A DNA stretch of 64,000 nucleotides from positions 1,417,509-1,481,508 of the forward strand of contig MU054220.1 in assembly GCA_013239625.1 (NCBI GenBank), written 5' to 3'. Numbering within the stretch: the first letter of the stretch is position 1; every line of letters begins with the position of its first letter. A model generated the notes under the pieces. The model had not been told where the DNA came from and made no database searches. It saw only the letters and a list, made by a program, of their open reading frames with translations. Made by a program: the position numbers and the translations under genes. The DNA comes from Lama guanicoe (Eukaryota). Of this stretch, positions 14,653 through 24,800 are shown piece after piece.

Positions 14653-14707
14653 CTTTTTTTTTAAACTGAAGTATAGTCAGTTACAATGTGTTGATTTCTG
14701 GTGTACA
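14653..14707 (-). mobile_element. Short 5'-truncated L1 tail
   Basis: poly-T + ctgaagtatagtcagttacaatgtg; TSD agagcttctattc/agagcttatattc. Confidence 0.75.
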
Positions 14708-15717
14708 AGAGCTTATATTCTGAGGGATCTTTCTACCCCAGTGCTGAGCACATGGTAGGCGTGCAGTCAAGCCTGAAAGAATAAATGAAGGGTAAACGAA
14801 GCTCCTGCCAGGAATCTGACATTTAGTCGCTGTGATTAATACAGCAACACATTGGTGAAAGGCAATATAAAAAGACCTAACAGAAATAGAAAATCTTAAG
14901 TCATTTGCATTGTGGTTATATCCCAAGTCATTCTGCTATTGCTAATAGCTACTATTGAAAGTAACTGTCCAAACGGCAGGAAACCACATTCCTAGAACTT
15001 CAAAGAAAGATTACACACACACATACACAAAGTGTTCATTGTGACATAATACTAATTTCAATTAAAGAAATTATTACCTAAAAATTAACTAGTTCCTTAT
15101 CTCAGTAAGGCATGACTGCTGACTTCTTACAGTGCTCCTTGAATTCACTGTGTCTAGAACATGGACATGAAGGTCACAAAAGGCTTTGTAGTCAGGAAAA
15201 CACTATGCACTAACAGATTTTTTAACATGTGAGGAAAATGACAATAGAATAGTGTTTCCTAACATTTTTTACCCATAGAACAGTAATCCAATGAATTATT
15301 TGTTGAAAAGAGTATAGAGTCTGGAAAACATCACAAACAAGCCCCTCTCGGAGCTATGCAAAGCACACTATCATATTAATGTCTTTGAAACGTTCTGAAG
15401 GAAAGAAATACACGGAACTTTATTGATTATCATTTCCCATGCTTATTTCAACTACCAAATTCTTCTTTCAAGGAATAGCTATTAAGTTAGTTTAGGAAAA
15501 TCTGCTTTAAAGTTCAATTTACAATACCCTTCACTTACACTTACTCATTAGTGGTGATCTGGCAAACTAAGACATTCTCAAGAAAAACCAAGACTATAGT
15601 GTCAAGAAATAAAAATATTTTTTCCTATGAAAACATCTATAAATAAAAACTTGCTGCACAAGCAATAATCTTCCTCTAACATTCTGCGTTTTGTTTCTAA
15701 ATGAAGTTACCACCTAA

Positions 15718-15730
15718 CCACTAGATGGCA
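15718..15730 (+). promoter_or_regulatory. CTCF-like motif
   Basis: CCACTAGATGGCA core, preceded by a TGAAGTTACC upstream-motif-like sequence. Confidence 0.6.
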
Positions 15731-15959
15731 ATATGATTCCACTTATGTTACAACCATACCCTGCCAGGATGCTCATCATTTAAACGGTATTTGAGTTTTC
15801 CAAGAATGTATATGTGCATTTTTTATTCATTTAGTCATCCCTTCAAACACCTATGAGGAACTTTTAACACCTTTATTGTGGTATAATTCCTGTACAGTTA
15901 ACTACACATATTTCAGATGTACACTTTGATGTATTTTGATAGATGTATGAGGAACTTTT

Positions 15960-16084
15960 TTCTTTGGTGGGAGGAGGTAATTAGGCTTATATTATTTATT
16001 TTTACAGGAGGTACTGGGGATTGAACCCAGAACCTCCTCATGCTAAGCATGCACTCTACCACTTGGGCTATACCCTCCCTGCCA
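15960..16084 (-). mobile_element. Vic-1-type SINE
   Basis: Reverse copy; TSD gaggaacttt. Confidence 0.88.
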
Positions 16085-16493
16085 GAGGAACTTTCAAGTT
16101 CTGAAAAATCTCATGGATGCTGGAGAAGAGGAATGAGACAGCTGTCAAAAATTATAATTCCTGGATTCCTGAGAAATAATAAGATGCTCCATCAATTTAA
16201 CAACCACTTTTTGGGGGGAAAGAAAGAAAGAAACATAACTACATTAAATCACATATTGATTGCATGACACTTAAAATTTTAAATAGTTTAATTTTTTCTG
16301 TTAAGCCATTTATTATGTAACACATTTTTAAATCTTTTTTAAATTCTTACTTTTTATACATGAAAAAATTTTGTAGATGTGAGAAGATACTGTGTTTGGA
16401 AAGCACTGTGATAGACAAGTACCCAAGAAATTAACACAGTCTGAACTAAATGGCCCAAAGGTCACAGGTTGTGTGACTCAGAAGTTAGTTTGA

Positions 16494-17045
16494 GGGGAGG
16501 GTACGGCTCAGTGGTACTGTGAAGGAAAACCCGGCCTGATCTAACAAGATAACTCACAAATCTAAGTATTGGAATACTGATCTGAGTTCTGCTAGACTAA
16601 CTTGTAAATCTAGGTTAATTAGTGTTGGTTTGCTGTTCATGTTTTTTGCTAGCCAGCTGGGTTTTCAAAGATACATATCTGGCTTTGGAATGTTGGTTTG
16701 CTGCTTTTGTGATGATAATGATGCTAAAGCTGTTCCATGCCTATTGACCGAATACCCCAAGCTTGTACTTTAACCTATAAAACCTCTTGCGCACGTCTTG
16801 GAGGTGCTCAGAGCTTGGGAGCAGAAGCCCCTCTGAGCCCGCCGGCGTCATACATCTGAGTACTCCAACCCTCCGAGTGGTGCTTGTTTCTTGACTGGCC
16901 TGTCAGTTTCCGTAACAGTAGAGCACGCGCTTAGCGTGCACAAGGTCCTGGGTTCAATCCCCAGTACCGCCATTAAAAATAAATTAATTAAATAAACCTA
17001 ATTCCCTCCCCTCCCCCCCCCCAAATATCTGAAAAATAAAGCAAA
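16494..17045 (+). mobile_element. Vic-1-type SINE split by a solo LTR
   Basis: 5' part 16494-16517 and 3' part from 16918 join to a complete SINE. Confidence 0.88.
16518..16917 (+). mobile_element. 400-bp solo ERV LTR (ERV1-like)
   Basis: TG...CA ends with imperfect inverted termini (TGTGAAGGAAA / TTTCCGTAACA); TATAAAA 16776-16782; 4-bp TSD GTAC/GTAG. Confidence 0.85.
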
Positions 17046-17261
17046 TGGCAGAAGCTGGTTTTGACTCAGGGAGGCCATGCCAGTCCTCAGCGCCCTACAG
17101 ACACCTGGATATTAGCCCCGTAAGAACCGTGTTGCACTTCCACGGAATTGTGAGATAATAAAAGTATCATCGTTTAAACCACTAAATCTGGTAATTTGCT
17201 ACAGCAGCAATAAAAAAAATCATACAATCAAGCACACAGAACTCTAAAAGAAGGATGGCAT

Positions 17262-17907
17262 TGTTAGAGCAGGCTGACAGTTAGATATGAGCAGAGAAAG
17301 GGGGATGCAGGCCAAATGGCAGGAATTGGGCAGAAAGGAGGGGCACAGGCCAAATGCAGGAAATCACACATCATGTAAGCACCAGGGGTCCCTGGGCAGA
17401 GAATGGAAAGCAGGAACCTCTGGGCTGATCAGCGGTCACAGCTTTTAAAGTGAAGAGCGACCTGGAGGCTGATTAAAAAAAAGGTGGGGAAAGGCAGGAA
17501 TCTCCAGTGTCCAAATGTAATCTTTTGCTCATTTTGCCCTCATTTCAATAAAATTAGCCTTGCAGATTAGAAGTACCCATCATGCACCAACGCCATGATA
17601 CTTCTGATCAAGACTAAATAAGGACAAAAATCCGTCCTCCCTTTGGGAAGGTGGAGTTGGGATGAAAATCAGGGACTATGACCCCAAACCCTTCCCTCCC
17701 CAGTGAATATCCTGCCCATTCATTTTTACACTCTATGTAACCAACTTGCCAAAGAAACTCAGGGCAGCTGCTCACCTGAGCCTGCCCGCTCTCCCCTTGA
17801 GAATGTACTATCCACCCCCTAATAAATCTTCACTTTACATTATTAACCTCCGTGTCCCGTCTCTGAATTCTTTCCAGGACAGGACAAAAACCTAATCGCC
17901 AGCAACA
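17262..17907 (+). mobile_element. Solo ERV1-type LTR (MER50-like start)
   Basis: TGTTAGAGCAGG...GCAACA termini; AATAAA 17821-17826; internal duplicated U3 motif; TSD not clear. Confidence 0.7.
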
Positions 17908-18869
17908 TCTTCACAAGTGAAATAATTCTTGGTAAAATCCAAGTTTCCCTGACCCATGAGTAAAAACACAGTTACATTAAAAACGTGAACAAATTCTCCT
18001 GACTTCTGCCCCCACCTACTTAGGCAGATTCTCAGTCCCTGCTAAACAGTCCCTCAGGCATTTCTGGGAGTACCCAAGGGGTGTCTATGTTCATGACACA
18101 ATCTGCCTAGGAAACAATCCATTTCTAAGTAATCTAGGTAGTTCTGCCAACGGTAAAGAATTGCTGTGCTGGCTAGCCTCCAGGCTCCCTGGAGGACCAC
18201 CCTTGCTCTACTGGACACCAGTTCTTGCCAGGTACTTACCCCACCCCTTTGGTCACCAGACTTATGGAAAGAAAGCACTCCCTCCAACGTGGTGGAGCCT
18301 TTAAATAGGTAAAACTGCTCTGGGGTCGTTTGGCGGCCGGGCGAGGGAACGCTGGCTCTCTCCTTTTCCTGCACTCTCTGTGACAGCAGTCTCAGTGAAA
18401 CACTGCGGGCCCTCAATGCTCATAGAATTTGTAATGAACTTGGTCTCTTTTTCGCTATAGTCCCCTACTCAGCCAACAGCAGCCTCAGAGGCAAGTCCAG
18501 TGGAAGTCGGGAGGGAAACAAATCACTGTACTCAAAACGATCCCTCAACTACAGCCAAGTCTTACGGCATCGTTGGACCGCTCCAGGTTCCTTCTCCAAG
18601 GCAAAATCGTTTCCCGAGACTCTTTTCAGTCCTCTTGCAAATAGGTTTCTGGCAAGTCCACTGCACCAGTTTGACAGATGTGCTCAGATATGACTGAATC
18701 TCACCTGGACTCGAGCGGGGACTCCCACTGCATGAAGACAACTGGGACCAAAAAAAAAAAGTGTTTCTCCTTCACGGAGCTGCAGAAATTAAAAGGAGAG
18801 AGACAACGTTGAATAGGGACAAAGATCTTGAAAATAAGGGCTACAGGAGCCCCTGAAAGTTTTTAACAA

Positions 18870-20185
18870 GTGGTACAGACAGAATGTTTATGTCCTCCCC
18901 CAAATTTACATGTTGAACGTAATCCTAATATGATGGTATTTGAAAGAGGGGCTTTGGGGAGGTCCAGTGCGTGGGGTTTTTCCACACCACCAAGCAATTA
19001 ACTCACTTCCTCCCAGAAACTGACTGGGTGCCCCACAAACTTAACTCAATTCTGACACTATCCACCTGGAGATTGCAGCAGATTCTGCAGGTTAAGGGCT
19101 CAGTCCCACAACACTGCCCCCAATTCAGACGCCAATCACAACTCCAGGTTGTCACCTATGGCCAGACCAACTGGCTATACATCAGAGGTTCCCTTGATGT
19201 TCTCCCCAATTTTGATTAATTTGCTAGAGTCACTCACAGAACTCAAAAAACCAGTCACTTACTAGAAACAGAATTAAAGAATACAAATGAACAGCCAGAT
19301 GAAAAGATACATAGGGCGAGGTCCCAAATGCAGGAGCTTCTGTTCCCATAGAGTTTGGGGCCTGGAACATGGATGTATTCTGGTTCACCAACCTGGAAGC
19401 TCTCCAAACCCCATCCTTTCTATTTATGGAGGCTTCATTTCAGAGGTATGGCTGATTAAATCATTAGCCTTTGGCGACTGAACATAATCTTCAGCCTCTC
19501 TCTCCTCCTCAAGGGTTGGGGTGGTAGGGCTGAAAGTTCCAACCCTCTAATCAAGTGGTTGGTTCACCTGGCAACCCGTCCCCATCCTTAGGTTACCCAG
19601 AAACTTTCATTACTTCATTAACATAACAAAAGACATATCTATCCTCTCGTCACTTAGGAAATTCCAAGCGTTTTAGGTGCTCTGGGCCAGGAAGAGGGAC
19701 AAAGACCAAATATGATATTGTTTATATAAATTATAATCTCAAAGTGATTAGGTTATTAGGAGCCCTCATGAATGGGATTAGTGCCCTATTAAAAAAGACC
19801 CTAGAGAGCTCCCTTGCCCCTTCCACCATCTGAGGACAGAGCAAGAAGATGACTGTATAGGAACCAAGTAGCAGGCCCTCGCCAGACACTGAATGCCTTG
19901 ATCTTGAACTTCCAGGGCTCCAAAACTGTGACCAGTAAATGTCAGTTGTTTAAGCCACCCAGTATATAGAATCTTTCTTTTTTATTTTGGTTTTTTTTGG
20001 TTTGTTTTTTCCTCCAGAGTCCCTTTGGGGGGGGAAGGTAATTAGGTTTATTTTTTTAATGGCGGTACTGGGGGATGTAACCCAGGACCTCATGTATGCT
20101 AAGCACGCGCTTTACCACTGAGCTATACCGTCCCCCCAACCCCAGTATACAGTATTTTGTGATAGGACTCCAAACAAAAAGAAAC
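18870..20185 (+). mobile_element. MLT1A-like MaLR LTR interrupted by a MER21-like LTR (~18964-19742) and a SINE
   Basis: MLT1A-like halves ...ggggctttggggaggt | gtgattagg...gagccctcatgaatgggattagtgccc rejoin around the MER21-like sequence. Confidence 0.72.
19973..20137 (-). mobile_element. Vic-1-type SINE
   Basis: Reverse copy; TSD cccagtatatagaat/cccagtatacagtat. Confidence 0.85.
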
Positions 20186-21363
20186 AAAACAATGTAAGTG
20201 CTGTTTGGGAAGAGTTACATCATAGTGTATTTGGAAAACAGAGAGACAGGGAGAGCAAGCGTAAAGTAAGATCAACTGGAGTGGATTCAGCTATCTAAGA
20301 AGGAAATGCAGAAGGCTGTAGGAGGAAAAGTTTGAATGGAAAGATAAAAGAATGTTCCTCTGTATAGCACAGGAAACTATATTCAATATCTTTTTTTTTG
20401 AATGAAGGTAGATTTATATTCAATATCTTTAATGAAAAAGAATATGAAAACAAATATACCTATGTATACGTATGGCTGGAAGTCACCCCCTCTTCTGTAC
20501 CTCCTTTCTGGCAAAAAGGAGAAAGCAACTTTACTGTACAGTGTGTTTGGTGGTCAACAGAATGGGCCCACTGAAGGTTCAGAGTCATGATGGAGGCAGA
20601 GGGAGGCAGGCCAGTGCATCTGCACATTTTTCTCCAGTTCTACGCAGCTGCAGACTTGGAGTTAATTAAAGTAGTAGTTTTTATCTGAGTATGATGATGA
20701 AAGAGAGCTAGGCAAGGGAGTAAATTAAATGGAATTTAAGCAGAGCCAGAAGGAAACATCAAAGTAGTAAGGGACAGTGAAAAGATGACAGGAACAATGG
20801 ATTGTAGGTGGGACGAAGGGATTGCATTGCCGGAGTTGGTGTCCTAGGAGTGAGCTGGAAATAAAGTGGAGAGCAACCCAAAATACAGAAATGAAACAGA
20901 AGGACAGAGAAGGGTCCTGGCCACCGGTATCAACAAGAAACAATAACAGAAGTGCTTAACAAACGTTGCCTAGCAAGGGAAAAAACACCTTTCCCCCTGA
21001 AAATTAGCATTTTCTCCCCAAATCGAGGATCTGTTCTGCCCTAAATATACGGGTAAAGCCGCAATACCTTCCAAACATCCAGGATCACAAATGGAAGGAA
21101 AGGTAAATTCCTTTTCACGTATGCAAGCGAGCAGCATTCAGGTAATCCCAGCAGGGTGGCAGCATCAATGTTTAAGTGAACACATTATGATTCATTATAT
21201 AAGCATACACGAATATGTCTCTTGAAAAAATTCCAACACCAAACAAAAGGCCTCTTGCCCTTCACTCCCCATCCCAAGGGTCGCCGAAGGGTGAAGAAAA
21301 GGAGACAGGGCGGAGATTCACTTGACACCGCGGAGCAGGGAGAGGTGACGGCAAACTCGGAAT

Positions 21364-21378
21364 CCAGCAGAGGGCGCC
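21364..21378 (+). promoter_or_regulatory. CTCF-like motif
   Basis: CCAGCAGAGGGCGCC fits the CCASYAGRKGGCRS consensus. Confidence 0.6.
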
Positions 21379-21768
21379 ATACGCCCGGCCTCCCAGAACC
21401 TCGCCCCTCCCGGGGGGCGCAGCCCTGCCGCCCGCGCCGCGGTTTTTAAAATGGAAACAAACTCGGCCCCGCCCCCTGCCCTGAGGCCGCCGGGAAAATG
21501 GCGCCGCTCCTTGGGGCTTCCTAGCCCGCCACGCAAAGGCTCCCGCAGATAGAGTCTGCAGGCTCCCCTTGCCCCTCTCATCTGGCTTCCTCCCTGCCCA
21601 CCCTGTCTCCAACCAAGTCGGTGGAAGCCTCACAGCTCAGAGTGGAGCCCGCCCCGGGCCTTTCCCAGCCGCTTTACCTGTCTGCTCTCCGCTCGCTCCG
21701 CCTCCGGAAGTGACGCCGCCGCCCGGCCCCGCGGGTGTCCCGTCGGGCCTCGCGGCGGCGGCGGGAAG

Positions 21769-21868
21769 ATGGCGGCGGCGGGAGCCCTGGAACGGAGCTT
21801 CGTGGAGCTCAGCGGAGCTGAGCGCGAAAGGCCGAGGCACTTTCGGGAATTCACAGTTTGCGGCATTG
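21769..21868 (+). CDS. NUP160: NUP160 exon 1 (coding part)
   Basis: aagATGGCG start; [33 protein letters not shown]; donor G|gtacgg. Confidence 0.93.
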
Positions 21869-24800
21869 GTACGGCAGCATCCCCGTAGGGCGCGATCCGA
21901 TCCTTCGCCTCGGGCTCCTCCCGTGGATCCCTAAATCTGACCCCCAGTTCATCCTTCTGAGCCCACATGCCTATAGCCCCGGAATCAGAGCTTCTTTAGT
22001 GTCCTACTTCTTCCCCTTTTCTCACCCTTCGTTTTGTATGGATTGTCAGTCCATCACCCTCCGCTTTCTCAGCGCGTGTCATCCCCGGAGAACCACGTGT
22101 GCAGGCTTCCCACTCTCCTTTTGCAGGAACTGCAGATGCCGTGGCCGGAGCCGCGAAATACAGTGAGAGCGCGGGAGGCTTCTACTATGTGGAAAGTGGC
22201 AAGTTGTTCTCCGTCACCAGAAACAGGTTCATTCATTGGTAAGTGCAGTGTTTGTCAAACCCCTCTGGAAGGTTGGGTTGTTCGGCTTCGGAATTTTCGT
22301 GGTGGTTCCCAAGGTGTCATTCATTTTCTGAAATGGTTATTGGCAGGAAAAGAGAAAGACTGTTTTCTATCTATATCTGAATCAGTGGGAAATTAAGGAG
22401 ACACAGAGTTCTAGAATAGGTTCCCTCTCAGGCAGCACTAAAAGCGGAAGGAATGTAACGTAGGGGATAAAGCCCCAAAGACCAGTTTTATAGTGCTTTA
22501 CTGTTTCCTTCATTCTACAGATATGTTTGAGCTTTTACATGACAGGCACTGCTAAGTATACTGGGGGTGATGAATAAAAACAATCACCATTTTCATCATG
22601 CAAGATATTGTAGCAGTGTAGGAATAGATGTGCACCCACCTTTCATGGGGCAGTTTTGAGAAGGAAAAAAAACATAAAGCTAATGACCACACATAGGTAT
22701 ATAAATACAAATTTTTCCTACTTGCCTCATAGGAAAAGTATAGGGGCTATAAGAGGCTAATGGGAAGACAAAATGTTATTGATGGGGCTGGAAAGGCCTC
22801 AGGTAAATCACATTTAACCTGAGATCTGAAGGATGAAATGTCAGTCAGCAAGGGGTTGGGGGAGAGAGCAGTTCAGCAAATGGGATCACCATACGCAAAG
22901 TCCATGTGCAGACCTTGACAGGTTTGAGGGACTGACTGAATGTCTTTGTGGCTTAAGCGCAGTGGGCAAAATGGAAAATGATGGAAGAGATGCTGAGACC
23001 AGGGAGGTAGGCAGGACTCATATCACAAAGGACCCTCAGGTCCTATTTAAGGATTTTAGGTTTTATCCTAAATTCATTGAGTGCTCATTGGAGGGTTTTA
23101 AAGGGTTACTAATGTGATCAAAATTGCATTTTTAAAAAACCAGTCTACTTTGTGGAAAGTGTTGAGGGACACGGGTGGGAGGGTGTCTCGGGCGGTAAAA
23201 GAATTTACCAAAGACAAAGGGTGAAAATAGGGAAGGAGTTTATTAGGTACACTGTCATAGACAACAGCAGGCCACATGGATGAGAGGCAAGCGTGTGAGC
23301 ACTGAGGGTGAACATGCAGGGTCTTTTATTGAGGAAGGGGCTGTGAACACAAAGGAATAGGGGAACAGATTTTTGACTGGCTATGAGTGAGGTAAGGGTC
23401 TTTGGTGTATGGTAAGGTAGTGGAATTTACGGCTCCGATAAGGAGGAAACGTGGACTGAGACAAGTCAGCCTGAGCTGTTGTGAGGTTAGCCATTTCCCA
23501 GGGCTATTAATCCTGCTAGGGCAAACACACATCAGAAAAGGATGTACTTTACCTTCTGAAGAGGAGCGGGCGGATGCCTAAGGGCTGAGAGTTTGGGAGT
23601 CGCAGGGCCTCAGCAGGCACCAGTTGGTACCACAGAAAATAAATTGGGTGGGATGGGTATAATACAAAAGAACAATTTGTTTTTATGATGGACTTAATAA
23701 GTCATATTGGTGACTCAGTTGTGGGAGTGACTAGGAAAAAAGAAATAGGTGGATTCAAGATATACTTAGAAGGCAGCTTCATTAGGACTTGATGATAGAT
23801 GGGATATGGGGTAAGGAATGGTAAAGGAAAAATAGGTTTCTGGTGTGACTAAACAGACTTTGGGCAGAGGGATTGTCATCTACTGAGATATAGAAGATGG
23901 ATTTTGAAGAGATGTGAATAATTCTTTTAGATGTACTAATGAAGTATTTGTGTAGCAGCCCTTTGGCAGTGTGAAGTAGGCATTGAAATGTATAGGTCTG
24001 AGGCTCAGAAGAAAAGACCTATGTTAGAGTTACAAATCTTATTTATTTCAGAAATATTTTTGAATGCCTAGTATGTTCCACTCAATGTTTAGGGACTGAG
24101 GATATAGCAGGGAACAAAGCAGACAGTCCTTATTCTTGTGGAGGGAGCAGGTGATCAACAGTAACCCCCTAAAGTCAGATAAATATAGTTTGTAAGGTGG
24201 TAAGTGGAATAGAGAAGAAGGAAGGGGAATTATTATTAATATATTATATAGGGTAGTCGGGCAAGACCCAGTGATAAGTTGACATTTGAGAAGAGGAAGT
24301 AAGGATATCTGGGGGATGAGAATTTTAGGTAGAGCCTTCCAAGAAAAAGGAATAAAAAGTGCAAAAACCCTGAGACAGGAGCTTGTGTGTTGTTTTCAAA
24401 GAATGGCAAGGGGCCAGGAGTCTGCAGCTGAGTCAAAAAAGGATAGAGAAATAAGGTAGCCAAGGACTAGATTAGGGCCTTGTTAGCTATTTGAAGGCTT
24501 TGACTTGTACTCTGAGTGAGATGGGAGGGTTTTAAGTGAAGGAATGGCATGGTTTAAGTTGTGTTTTTAAAGGGTTGCTGTGGCTGCTATGTTGAGAACA
24601 GAATGTAGTGGGAAGAGGGTGGGAGTAGGAAGGCCACCTGGAGGTTGGTGCCACATTGCAGACATTAGATGATGATGGCTTAGGCCAGGGCTGGTATCAG
24701 CAGAGGCAGTGAGAGAGGTTCTGATTGTGGATGCGGTTTAAGTTGAAATTGTTAGGATTTACTGTTGGATCAGATGTAGGGTACACAGAAAGAGAAGATT

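Larger units (their letters stand above)
21280..22180. promoter_or_regulatory. NUP160: CpG-island promoter of NUP160
   Basis: High GC/CpG density; GC box ggccccgcccc ~21465-21475; YY1-type AAAATGGCG 21495-21503; ETS CCGGAAGTG 21704-21712; GAAGATGGCGGC at the ATG. Confidence 0.88.

Noticed and set aside
21148..21164. CCAGCAGGGTGGCAGCA as a CTCF site
   Set aside because: An extra base disrupts the core spacing; weak match
21222..22166. Overlapping ORFs on both strands around the NUP160 start
   Set aside because: Expected stop-codon depletion in a CpG island; none resembles a known protein
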